A stretch of 33,177 bases of DNA from Bacteriovoracaceae bacterium (GCA_041586955.1 JBFGZE010000026.1:1-33177); one strand, 5' to 3'. Numbered from the stretch's first letter, positions 7,893 to 16,827 are shown. Translations and numbers: made by a program. Notes: generated from the letters alone by a model not told the origin.

Positions 7893-9034
7893 ATATCCAA
7901 GGCCCGAATTAGGGTTTCGACTTGTTCCTTTGTATTAAAGATATGAAAAGAAAGGCGAATATTTCCCTGGCGGACAGATACGTCGACATTACAATGTTTG
8001 AGTTCTGTTTCTAGTTTTAGAGGGTCAATATTTTTGGCCGATAAGCATAAGATATTTCCCATATATTCTTTTGGGGTAATGAGGTTGTATTTTGATTGAG
8101 GATAATTTTCTAAGAAAAAGTCGCGTATGTCTTGGTTATGCTTTTTAATTTCATATAGGCCGACTTTTTTAAGAAAATCAAGGCCTGCTTCAACACAAGA
8201 GAGGGTGAGTAAGTTAGGCGTCTGTCCACGATCATATTTACGCGCGCCAGGAAGTGTTTCAGTAGTGTAATTTAAAAGGTTATAAACAACTTTTGAATTG
8301 GGACTGGCAATCCAATTGCCCGTTTTCCGCGCAATCAACTTTTGTGCCTTATCTGAAAAGTATCCAAAGGCATGGCCATAAGCACCTAGCATCCATTTAT
8401 AGGAAGAGATCGCGAGCACATCGACGTATTCTAGTTCCTCTGCTGTGATGGGTAAGCCGCCCAGCGCCTGAGTGCCATCAACCACAAAAAGAATATTCCG
8501 GGACCTAAGGTATTTTCCAATGGAGAGGATATCAACTTTTTTTCCTGTATCAAAGGTGACCCATGAGACATTGAACACCTTGGTACTGGCAGGGAGTACC
8601 TTTTCTAACCAGTCAACAGTAGGGATGATTTCATCTCCCAGGTCTAATAAATTGAAATCAAAAGGAGAGTATTCTGATGCCACCATCCAAGGAATAACAT
8701 TAGAGGGGTAGTCCCCATTGACCGCACATACAATATCACCCTCTTTAAAATCAAAACCATTGGCCACAATACTGACGAGGTCACTAGTTGAAGTCGAGTG
8801 AGTAATATTATCTTCGGAGCAACCAATTAATTTGGCCATTAGGCGGCGGGAACGTTCTGGGACCCCTGTCCAGGTATTATAATTATAAAATGAGGGGTCT
8901 AGCTCCTTTTGAGCGGCACGGAATATTTTTTTCTTTGCAGAGTAAGGACTTGGTCCAAAATAGGCGGTATTAAAGAAAATAGAATCGAGATGTTGATATT
9001 CTTTATTGATATACTCACGAATTTCGGAATTCAT
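7889..9034 (-). CDS. Aminotransferase class V PLP-dependent enzyme
   Basis: FNTAYFGP, YPSN, VVDGTQ, SSYKW (PLP Lys) and IRLSFHIFN. No obvious C-terminal persulfide-Cys motif, so not called a cysteine desulfurase. Confidence 0.9.
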   Translation of the reverse strand: MNSEIREYINKEYQHLDSIFFNTAYFGPSPYSAKKKIFRAAQKELDPSFYNYNTWTGVPERSRRLMAKLIGCSEDNITHSTSTSDLVSIVANGFDFKEGDIVCAVNGDYPSNVIPWMVASEYSPFDFNLLDLGDEIIPTVDWLEKVLPASTKVFNVSWVTFDTGKKVDILSIGKYLRSRNILFVVDGTQALGGLPITAEELEYVDVLAISSYKWMLGAYGHAFGYFSDKAQKLIARKTGNWIASPNSKVVYNLLNYTTETLPGARKYDRGQTPNLLTLSCVEAGLDFLKKVGLYEIKKHNQDIRDFFLENYPQSKYNLITPKEYMGNILCLSAKNIDPLKLETELKHCNVDVSVRQGNIRLSFHIFNTKEQVETLIRALDI

Positions 9035-9091
9035 CAGGGCCTTCTTGGTGATGATAAGAATGGTTTAAAGAAAATTAGGGTAGATATATAA

Positions 9092-9115
9092 GCGATTCAC
9101 CTAAAAGTGAACCGC
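9092..9115 (-). terminator. Hairpin after secG
   Basis: Minus strand GCGGTTCAC-6 nt-GTGAATCGC (one G-U pair), followed by an AT-rich tail. Confidence 0.6.
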
Positions 9116-9133
9116 CATGTATCAAAAGATAAA

Positions 9134-9604
9134 TTATTGAGCAGGTGCCGCCTTGGGGGCTTCTTTTTTGGCCGCGGGGGCAGCTTCGCTCTTTGGAGTC
9201 TCTGCTTTGGTGGCCGGAGTTACTGGGGTGTTTTCTTTCCCTTCAGCTTTGGCCGGAGTGGTGGCCTTTGTCTTGTCTGCTTCTTCTGCTGCCTTCTTCT
9301 CCGCTGCCTCTGTGGCGGCATCCATGTTTAACGGACGAGAAATAGGTGCTTCTGTATCAAGAAGAGAGGTACCTGTTTTGCTACTTTGTAGTTTTGCTAA
9401 AAGAATTGAGTTTCCCATAAAGATAATGGAGAGGATGATTGTCATCTTACTAAGGATATTTCCCTGTTGGGCACCAGTAAAAACTGAATCAGCACCACCA
9501 CTGGACATGAGCCCTGCTTCGGCCCCTTTCCCAAATTGTAAAAGAACAACAATAATTAAAAGTATAGAAACAACGGCCTGTAAAACCATGAGTGTGTTAA
9601 TCAT
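9134..9604 (-). CDS. secG: Preprotein translocase subunit SecG with a long low-complexity tail
   Basis: VVLLQFGKGA, two TM segments, LSKMT; position directly after tpiA. Confidence 0.93.
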   Translation of the reverse strand: MINTLMVLQAVVSILLIIVVLLQFGKGAEAGLMSSGGADSVFTGAQQGNILSKMTIILSIIFMGNSILLAKLQSSKTGTSLLDTEAPISRPLNMDAATEAAEKKAAEEADKTKATTPAKAEGKENTPVTPATKAETPKSEAAPAAKKEAPKAAPAQ

Positions 9605-9639
9605 TTGTGGTTAATCCTTGTTTAATAAACATCTAACTT

Positions 9640-9668
9640 AACCTATAAAAATCGGTAAGTTTTGGCAA
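9640..9668 (-). promoter_or_regulatory. Sigma70-type promoter candidate for secG
   Basis: TTGCCA-N17-TAGGTT on the minus strand. Confidence 0.5.
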
Positions 9669-9703
9669 ATAATGCCATGCAGGGCACATTTGCACAAGCT
9701 TTT

Positions 9704-10474
9704 TTAATAAAACTTTTGAGCACTTAGACACAGTTTGGCAAAGCTGTCGCCTTTTAAACTGGCCCCCCCAACTAAAGCGCCATCAATTTCAGGGCAACTT
9801 AATAATTCTTCGCAGTTTTCAGGTTTAACTGAACCGCCGTAAAGAATAATAGTCTTTTTTCCCTGCCAGCCTAAGTCTTCTGTTAAAATTTCTCGGATAT
9901 CGGCGTGCGCCTGATTGGCCTCGCTTGGAGTCGCTGTTTTTCCAGTACCTATTGCCCAGACTGGCTCGTAGGCAATAATAATTTGATCTTGTAATTGCGG
10001 GGCAACCTTTTGGAGTTCTGCGGTGATTTGCTCTTTTAAAATATCTCGGGTTTTTCCTGATTCCCGTTCCTCTAAAGTTTCACCCACGCAATAAATGACT
10101 GGAAGATTATGATCTAGGGCCAATTGAACTTTACGGGCGATGAGATCATGACCTTCGTTAAAAATAGCGCGTCTTTCAGAATGGGCGATGAGAGTGAAGT
10201 CGGCGTTAAAGTCTTTTAGGGATTGAGGTGATATTTCACCGGTAAAAGCACCTTTGTCTTGATCGTGACAATTTTGACCACCGATAATAAAGGAGAGTCC
10301 TTTGGACTTATTTTGCTCTTGTAGAGTTCCTAGGTGCAGGGCCTGTGGCGCGATACCATAAACGCATTGAAGTTTTGTATGGGAGGTGGCCTTTTTAAAC
10401 TCCGTAAAGAATAGCTCAATATCTTTAAGAGTTTGATTCATTTTCCAATTGCCAATAATGTGAATATTTCTCAC
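9704..10474 (-). CDS. tpiA: Triosephosphate isomerase
   Basis: GNWKMN, GAFTGEIS, HSERR, AYEPVWAIGTG, YGGSV, LVGGAS. Start reset to GTG 10474 behind AAGGA, just after the pgk stop. Confidence 0.97.
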   Translation of the reverse strand: MRNIHIIGNWKMNQTLKDIELFFTEFKKATSHTKLQCVYGIAPQALHLGTLQEQNKSKGLSFIIGGQNCHDQDKGAFTGEISPQSLKDFNADFTLIAHSERRAIFNEGHDLIARKVQLALDHNLPVIYCVGETLEERESGKTRDILKEQITAELQKVAPQLQDQIIIAYEPVWAIGTGKTATPSEANQAHADIREILTEDLGWQGKKTIILYGGSVKPENCEELLSCPEIDGALVGGASLKGDSFAKLCLSAQKFY

Positions 10475-10484
10475 CACTAAGTCC

Positions 10485-11681
10485 TTAGTTAATACCAAAT
10501 TTGAGGGCCTGGATACCGGGTAAGGTACCTTGTTCAATATATTCCAATGAAGCACCACCACCAGTAGAAACATGACTCATGGCCTGGGCCTTACCTGATT
10601 GATTGACAGCATTTACTGAATCGCCGCCACCAACAAGGGTAAAGCAATCTTTCAATTCTGCTAATAGGTGAGCGATGGCAAAAGTTCCCTTGGAAAAATC
10701 TTCTTTTTCAAAAAATCCCATCGGTCCATTCCATAAAACAGTTTTGGCATCCTTGAGGATATAAGCAAACTCACTAATTGTTTGTGGCCCAATATCAAGG
10801 GCCATCATGCCATCATCAATATGGGCATCTTTGGTTGTCATTATATTGGGGTTATTGGGATCCATCGCGCAGAGATGATCAATAGGAAGAATGATTTTTT
10901 TTGAGGTTCTTTGCTTGAGAATGCTACGGGCCAAGGCGACATCTTCATCGCGGCAAAGAGAAGCACCGACGTTGATCCCTTTGGCCTTAAGAAATGGGTA
11001 GGCCATGGCCCCGCCAATAATGAGGTGGTTCACTTGTGGTAATAAACGCTCGATTATTTTTATTTTATCGGAAACCTTAGCGCCACCTACGATGGCGACA
11101 AAAGGTGTTTTGGGATTATTAACAACTTGATCAAGGGCATTCATTTCCTTTTTAAGAAGAAATCCTGCACAAGCATTTTTCTTAAAGAAGGAATTGATTT
11201 CATAAGTTGAGGCATGTTTGCGATGGGCCGTACCAAAAGCGTCATTCACATAAATATCACCATACTGGCTTAGGGTTTTAGCGAACTCATGATCGTTGGC
11301 CGTTTCCTCTTTATGAAAGCGAAGGTTTTGCAATAAAATGACTCGAGGGTTGGGGAGGTTGAGAAGGGTTTTAATTCCATGATCGGTACATGATTCTGTC
11401 AAAAGAACTTCTGTTTTGAGTTTCTCTGCCAGATAAGAAGCAATAGGTTCTAAGCTATATTCTTCTTTGAACTGTCCTTGTGGTCGACCTAAATGGGACA
11501 TCAAAACTAATTTTTTTGCCCCCTGGTCAAGAATATATTGGATGGTCTCCAGGGCAAGATCTATTCTGGTGGTATCTATAATTTCATAGGGACTAGTTTT
11601 AGTGAGTGGGACATTAAAGTCAAAACGAGCGATGACGTTTTTTCCGTCTAACTCTACTTCATTCACATATTGAATGGCCAT
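10485..11681 (-). CDS. pgk: Phosphoglycerate kinase
   Basis: RFDFNVP, SHLGRP, NDAFGTAHR, GGAKVSDK, WNGPMG, GGGDS, STGGGA. Confidence 0.99.
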   Translation of the reverse strand: MAIQYVNEVELDGKNVIARFDFNVPLTKTSPYEIIDTTRIDLALETIQYILDQGAKKLVLMSHLGRPQGQFKEEYSLEPIASYLAEKLKTEVLLTESCTDHGIKTLLNLPNPRVILLQNLRFHKEETANDHEFAKTLSQYGDIYVNDAFGTAHRKHASTYEINSFFKKNACAGFLLKKEMNALDQVVNNPKTPFVAIVGGAKVSDKIKIIERLLPQVNHLIIGGAMAYPFLKAKGINVGASLCRDEDVALARSILKQRTSKKIILPIDHLCAMDPNNPNIMTTKDAHIDDGMMALDIGPQTISEFAYILKDAKTVLWNGPMGFFEKEDFSKGTFAIAHLLAELKDCFTLVGGGDSVNAVNQSGKAQAMSHVSTGGGASLEYIEQGTLPGIQALKFGIN

Positions 11682-11734
11682 TGGGGGAACTCCTTTATTA
11701 TGTCCTCAGATGGTATTTAAAAACGAATTGAGCT

Positions 11735-11763
11735 AAAAAGAGGCCTCCATAAATATGAAGGCC
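11735..11763 (-). terminator. Terminator-like hairpin between gap and pgk
   Basis: Minus strand GGCCTTCAT-4 nt-ATGGAGGCC followed by TCTTTTT. Confidence 0.65.
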
Positions 11764-11771
11764 ATTAGCTC

Positions 11772-12788
11772 TTATAATTTATTACCGATTAATTGTGCCA
11801 GGTCGATGACACGATTTGAGAAACCAGCTTCATTGTCATACCAAGTCACAACTTTGATCATATTATCGATTTTATTGGTGAGGGCCAAATCGACGCAAGA
11901 GGATTCTCGCATTCCCATGAAGTCCTGGCTGACGAGAGGAGTTGCTTCACAGGCCAAAATGCCTTTGAGAGAACCGTTGGCAGCTTCGATCAGGGCCTGG
12001 TTCACTTCTTCAATAGAGACATTATTTTTTAAGGTGACGTTTAAATCAACTAATGAAACATTGGGAGTGGGAACGCGTATCGCGAATCCATCTAATTTTC
12101 CTTTTAATTCTGGGATGACAAGACCAACAGCTTTCGCTGCACCAGTCGTGGTGGGGATCATACTGACAGCGGCGGCGCGCGCTCTTCTTAGGTCACGATG
12201 GGAGCCGTCGAGCAAATGCTGGTCAGAAGTATAGGAATGAATCGTTGTCATAAAACCTTTTTCAATGCCAAATTTATCATTCAAAACTTTGGCCACAGGA
12301 GCTAAGCAATTGGTGGTACAGCTAGCGTTTGAAACGATATGTTGTTCATCACTATTATAAGTATGATCGTTAATACCCACGACAAATGTTCCGTCTAGGT
12401 CTTTGCCCGGAGCGCACATAATGACTTTCTTAACACTGCCTCTTTTATGCTTGCTAAGAGATGGGCCATCTTTAAAAATGCCGGTGGCATCAATGACGAT
12501 CTCCGCCTGTTGGTCACTCCAAGGAATGTCAGAAGGGTCTTTTACATTATGAAATTGTATTTTCTGACCATTAATAATGAGTTGATTTGTTTCTTTATTG
12601 TATTCGACTTCTTGGTCAAAGCGTCCATGGACAGAATCATACTTAAGAAGGTGAATGTATTGGTTGGGATCGCCAGGATTATTAACTGCGACAACTTCTA
12701 AATTGATATTTTGACGATTAAAAATTTCGCGAAGAACAGTTCGGCCGATGCGGCCCATTCCATTGATAGCAACCTTGACTTTGGACAT
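11772..12788 (-). CDS. gap: Type I glyceraldehyde-3-phosphate dehydrogenase
   Basis: INGMGRIGR, YDSVHG, NASCTTNCLAP, RVPTPNVS, WYDNE. Start reset to ATG 12788 behind SD GGAG. Confidence 0.99.
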   Translation of the reverse strand: MSKVKVAINGMGRIGRTVLREIFNRQNINLEVVAVNNPGDPNQYIHLLKYDSVHGRFDQEVEYNKETNQLIINGQKIQFHNVKDPSDIPWSDQQAEIVIDATGIFKDGPSLSKHKRGSVKKVIMCAPGKDLDGTFVVGINDHTYNSDEQHIVSNASCTTNCLAPVAKVLNDKFGIEKGFMTTIHSYTSDQHLLDGSHRDLRRARAAAVSMIPTTTGAAKAVGLVIPELKGKLDGFAIRVPTPNVSLVDLNVTLKNNVSIEEVNQALIEAANGSLKGILACEATPLVSQDFMGMRESSCVDLALTNKIDNMIKVVTWYDNEAGFSNRVIDLAQLIGNKL

Positions 12789-13020
12789 TAATAAACTCCG
12801 GTAATTGGTGGTTATGATAATAAGGGGTTTATGCCATATATACCATGACTTGGGTAGTCCCTGGGCCTTTAATACCCGCTGAAAAAAGAGTGTTTTAGTC
12901 AGTAGAGGGTTTTTTGCCTTGTGTAACAAATAAAGGCTTTTTGTTACCCTGAAGAAGATGACAAAAAATAGAATATGGCACTATCCGTCTAAACAACAAT
13001 ACCTGACTAAGAAAGGGTCT

Positions 13021-13977
13021 ATGATTGATAAGATCCCCACTCCTGGTGATAAGTCCCCGGACCTTAATTTGCCCAAAAAGCCTCTAAGTATTGAAGATAA
13101 GGTTGATTTATCCTCTAAAAGTAAGGTGATTCAGGAAGATTTAAAAGAAGTGCCGCAAAAGGTCGTCGGTAAAGTGAAAGAGGGGATTAGTGCCACAGCA
13201 AAATTGGCATCCGAGGCGAAGTCTGTTTTGGGACAGGCCGCTCGCAGCTTTATTCCTGATCTGCTGTCGGGCCCAGTCGATATTTTAAAATCCCTAGGGG
13301 AAGTCTCAAAGGTCACCGAGTTTGCACCGGTGGCAAAAAGCAATAAAGAATACGCTCTTATTTTTATGCGTGGTTTTGATTGGAACCCCTTTTCAGACCC
13401 GGAAGAGGGTTTAGGGCTATTGGCCAGTCAATTCCCTGGCAGTAAAGTTTATGGCTGGAATGATGAAGATCAGGTTATTAAGGCCATCTCAGAATTACCA
13501 AAAGATAGACCTTTGATGCTCATTGGTCACGGGATGGGCTCTGATGCGGCAGTCAATATTGTGAATACATTAAATCAAGCTCCTCATGGCTTTCGTCAAG
13601 TTGACCTTCTGGTGACTTTGGATTCAATTGGTTTTGAAAACGATATTATTCCTGGCAATGTTCAGGAGAACCTCAATATTATTAGTGACCAGGATTATTT
13701 TTTAAACGATGGCCCTAATATTGCGCGTGATAATGAAAGGACCACTATTCAAAATATTTTGCGTGAGGAAACGCACGCTCAATTAGAGAGCTCACCTGAT
13801 ATACAGCATCTGCTTTTCGATAAAATAAACGGAATTGTTTCAGATTCTATGGATACTCTTGATAGTGAGAAAATAGCAAACACTAAGGCGAGCAAGTCTC
13901 AGAATAGGAAACAGGCCTTAGTGAATAAGTATGTCCAATCAAATCCAAAGATAGACAAAGAAAAGAGCCCGCTTTAA
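13021..13977 (+). CDS. Alpha/beta-hydrolase-fold protein with a non-canonical nucleophile elbow (GHGMG)
   Basis: IFMRG, LMLIGHGMG, VDLLVTLDS and a late His (ETHA). Start at 13021 behind GAAAGG; the ORF is open from 12958. Confidence 0.72.
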   Translation: MIDKIPTPGDKSPDLNLPKKPLSIEDKVDLSSKSKVIQEDLKEVPQKVVGKVKEGISATAKLASEAKSVLGQAARSFIPDLLSGPVDILKSLGEVSKVTEFAPVAKSNKEYALIFMRGFDWNPFSDPEEGLGLLASQFPGSKVYGWNDEDQVIKAISELPKDRPLMLIGHGMGSDAAVNIVNTLNQAPHGFRQVDLLVTLDSIGFENDIIPGNVQENLNIISDQDYFLNDGPNIARDNERTTIQNILREETHAQLESSPDIQHLLFDKINGIVSDSMDTLDSEKIANTKASKSQNRKQALVNKYVQSNPKIDKEKSPL

Positions 13978-14227
13978 GAACCTCAAAAGTTTTTTCATAA
14001 ATATCTAGGCATTCATATTCATATAAATAAAAAAAATCATCTTCTAAATACAAACCGTGCATAAAGCTTGAGCAATCTAGTCTCAAATGGCCTTTATCAA
14101 AATGGTGGAGAGTGATATTCCCCTCTCTTTCGTTGAGAGTGACCCCTTTAACTTTAAAATGACTATCATTGGCGTAAATCGTTAAAGATAAGAGAGCTAG
14201 TAAAATGAATTTCAGAATAGTTTTCAT
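13883..14227 (-). CDS. Small secreted hypothetical protein with four Cys
   Basis: Classic signal peptide MKTILKFILLALLSLTIYA, with a sigma28-like promoter directly upstream. Confidence 0.75.
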   Translation of the reverse strand: MKTILKFILLALLSLTIYANDSHFKVKGVTLNEREGNITLHHFDKGHLRLDCSSFMHGLYLEDDFFYLYEYECLDIYEKTFEVLKAGSFLCLSLDLIGHTYSLRPVSYSETCSP

Positions 14228-14233
14228 ATTGCT

Positions 14234-14260
14234 TTATCGGCAATATTTTCCACTAGCTTA
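14234..14260 (-). promoter_or_regulatory. Sigma28 (FliA)-type promoter
   Basis: TAAG-N15-GCCGATAA on the minus strand, 6 nt before ATG 14227. Confidence 0.72.
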
Positions 14261-15062
14261 AGTTAAAGAGCCTTTGAGCATTGGCGCTGGTGATATTGAT
14301 AACTTCCTCCACATCTATGCCTTTAATCTCTGCAATTTTTTGGGCGACTAGGGGGATATAAAAAGGGGCATTTTCGCGGCCGCGAAAGGGGGTAGGAGTG
14401 AGAAAGGGAGCATCGGTCTCTAAAAGAATCTGCTCAATAGGGGTTATTTTGGCCACTTCTCGAACATTTTCCGCCGAGTTGAAAGTAATGATGCCATTAA
14501 AACCAAGGTACATACCGGCATCGATTGCAAATTGTGCGAGTTCTAGGCCGGAGGTAAAGCTATGAATGACACCACCTCGCTTGGTTTCTTTAAGAAAGGG
14601 GGTTAATAGCTCTTGAGTGTCTTGGTCCGCTTCTCTAGAGTGGACGATAATAGGTTGATTTAGTTCCAGGGCAATATTGAGTTGCCTGGTGAAAACGGTT
14701 TTTTGAATATCTTTTGGCGAATGATGGTAATGGTAATCAAGGCCAATTTCGCCAATCGCCACACATTTATTATGGACTGCATTTTGGCGGATAAGAGCTT
14801 CAGTTTGCTCTTCAAATAGACGCGCATCATGGGGGTGAATGCCCTGGGAGCAGTAGATCTGTTGATAGTCATTGGCCAGTTTAAAAGCTATTTGTAAGTT
14901 CTCGGGACTAACGGCAATGGTGATAATTTTATCAATATTTTGATCTTTCGACTTATTTAAAATTTCATCGAGCTCCATTGTCTTTAAATAATCTAAATGA
15001 CAATGAGTCTCGATGATTGAATTTTTAAAAAGGGGAATCTCTTTTTTTTTATTTTTGGCCAT
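14253..15062 (-). CDS. tatD: TatD family metal-dependent DNase
   Basis: THCHL, GIHPH, GEIGLDY, HSRE, HSF, ETDAP, RGREN. Confidence 0.95.
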   Translation of the reverse strand: MAKNKKKEIPLFKNSIIETHCHLDYLKTMELDEILNKSKDQNIDKIITIAVSPENLQIAFKLANDYQQIYCSQGIHPHDARLFEEQTEALIRQNAVHNKCVAIGEIGLDYHYHHSPKDIQKTVFTRQLNIALELNQPIIVHSREADQDTQELLTPFLKETKRGGVIHSFTSGLELAQFAIDAGMYLGFNGIITFNSAENVREVAKITPIEQILLETDAPFLTPTPFRGRENAPFYIPLVAQKIAEIKGIDVEEVINITSANAQRLFNLS

Positions 15063-16200
15063 TATTGTATTTTTCTAGAATATGATCCAAGAGAATAGTC
15101 AATTGGTTGAAGGGCAGTCCTCCTTCAATTTTAACACCGTTAAGGAGGAAAGTTGGAGTGGAGCGCACGTTAAATGGCGCCGCCGCTGTGAGCATTTTTT
15201 TCACCTTTTCCTTCGTTTCTGGTGCGTTATAGCAAGCTTCGACGCCCTCTTTTTTGGCATAATTATCGAGCCATTTCTTGTTTATTTTATTTTGATTTTC
15301 AAAAAAGGTATGTTCGAGCTCGGTAAATTTTTGGGGCAAGCAGGTGGCCAAATAGGCCGCTTGGCAGGCAAACTCATGCATTGGTCTTTTCATTTCAGGA
15401 TTGCAGTTCATATCTAATGGGTAGAAAAAGTATTGAATATTAATTTTTCCTTTATAGGCCCTTTTCACTTTAGTTAATGTTTCTGAAAGGTGTTTACAGG
15501 CAGGGCATTGAAAATCAGAAAACTTGGTAATTTGAATAGGGGCCTGGGCAAACTCTTCAGTGGCAGAAGCAGTTCTAAATTCTGACGAAAAGGAGGGGAG
15601 ACCGAGGTTGGGAAGTTCATCATATTGTTTAATGAGATCTTTTTTAAGACTTAAAATTCTCTTTTCTTTTCCCTGCACGTTGTTAAGAACTAATCCACCA
15701 ATTAACGCCAAAGTGAGAAGTTGGAGCGATCCCCATTTTGGAGAAAAGCCGATAGGTGTTTTATATTTAAAGAGAATCCCCGAGGCAATAAAAGCACAAA
15801 CATAATAGAGAGAGCAAAAGGGACAGAGTCCGCCGAGAAAGAAAAGAGAATACCCAAAAAGGACCAGGCAACCAATAGCGTTAAGAGTAAAAAGTAGGTT
15901 GAGGTTCTTAGCATATTCTTCAGTTTTAACCATATAAAAACCAAGGCCAAAAACTCCCATAATAGCGCCAAATATTGAAATAGGAATGCCTTTGATATTG
16001 GAGAGAGGGCTTAAGGTGGTGATGTCGCAATTGAAAAAGGCACCCATATCGCAAAGAGCGTTACTCGTTAAATTGTCAGGAAAATAAATATTAAAATAAT
16101 GTTGAGTTAAATAGAGGGAAAAGCCGATCATCCCGATGCAGGCCAAAACAAAAAAGGTATGGATACTAAGGGATGCTCTTTCGTGAAATGATTGATTCAT
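15049..16200 (-). CDS. VKOR-DsbA/thioredoxin fusion (disulfide bond formation)
   Basis: Membrane domain with a loop Cys pair (LCD..FNCD), GIP and CPFC, followed by FSDFQCPAC and cis-Pro motif STPTF. Confidence 0.92.
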   Translation of the reverse strand: MNQSFHERASLSIHTFFVLACIGMIGFSLYLTQHYFNIYFPDNLTSNALCDMGAFFNCDITTLSPLSNIKGIPISIFGAIMGVFGLGFYMVKTEEYAKNLNLLFTLNAIGCLVLFGYSLFFLGGLCPFCSLYYVCAFIASGILFKYKTPIGFSPKWGSLQLLTLALIGGLVLNNVQGKEKRILSLKKDLIKQYDELPNLGLPSFSSEFRTASATEEFAQAPIQITKFSDFQCPACKHLSETLTKVKRAYKGKINIQYFFYPLDMNCNPEMKRPMHEFACQAAYLATCLPQKFTELEHTFFENQNKINKKWLDNYAKKEGVEACYNAPETKEKVKKMLTAAAPFNVRSTPTFLLNGVKIEGGLPFNQLTILLDHILEKYNNGQK

Positions 16201-16230
16201 ATAATTCTCCTAAATATGAGAAAAATTATA

Positions 16231-16827
16231 TCAGGGGAGTACCCCCTCTAACAATAGATTCCAATTGCGTTTTTTGGTTTTATTTCTTCTATGGCTATGG
16301 AATTGTATTTGGCAATGGGTGCAATGATGCTGCTCGTGAAAAACGGCTTGAGGATAATATTTTTTGGCCTGATCCCTGACTTCCTCTTGAAGATCAAAAT
16401 AGTGAAGGCCATTTCTTAAAGTGAAGTGAGCAGATGTTGGAAAGTTTTGTTTAAAATCTTGCTGTATTTCAAAGCAACAGACCTTGATATGTGGACCGAT
16501 GATAATTTGAGTGGGTTCTATGTTTTGAACTTCTTTTCCTAAAATAATTTTTTGGTGAATACCACGCCAGCCGGCGTGCAAAAGAGCGCCACCTTTTTGA
16601 CCTAATACCCAAATGGGTAAACAATCGGCAGTCCGAATGGCCAAGGGCAAAGAGGGGACGGGGCCTTGATAGAAAAGGCCGTCTCCATCTTTCTCAGGAG
16701 AGGCATCTTGCACGGAAATAATATTATTCCCATGAACCTGGTGTAATTGCGCGACGGAAAAGGATGGTTTGGCATCAACGGTGACCAGAGTGATTTGTCC
16801 AATAGTTTTTTGCCATAGAGTCTTCAA
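16231..16827 (-). CDS. pgeF: YfiH/PgeF (laccase-domain / purine nucleoside phosphorylase) family protein
   Basis: QVHG, DGL, TADCLP, HAGWRG, IGPHI, FHSHRR. TTG start overlaps the rluD stop, the conserved rluD-pgeF pairing. Confidence 0.9.
   Translation of the reverse strand: MKTLWQKTIGQITLVTVDAKPSFSVAQLHQVHGNNIISVQDASPEKDGDGLFYQGPVPSLPLAIRTADCLPIWVLGQKGGALLHAGWRGIHQKIILGKEVQNIEPTQIIIGPHIKVCCFEIQQDFKQNFPTSAHFTLRNGLHYFDLQEEVRDQAKKYYPQAVFHEQHHCTHCQIQFHSHRRNKTKKRNWNLLLEGVLP

Noticed and set aside
7889..9034. Possible cysteine desulfurase (sufS/iscS)
   Set aside because: No recognisable catalytic Cys loop and no Fe-S cluster genes nearby; left as class V PLP enzyme.
9107..9614. Plus-strand ORFs antisense to secG, 11755-12234 antisense to gap, and other short shadow ORFs
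   Set aside because: They lie wholly within well-supported genes, lack SDs or motifs, and are explained by codon bias.
12976..12990. TGGCAC upstream of the hydrolase-like gene (also GTGGCAC near 20379 before manA)
   Set aside because: No GC at the -12 position with N10 spacing, so not called sigma54 promoters.
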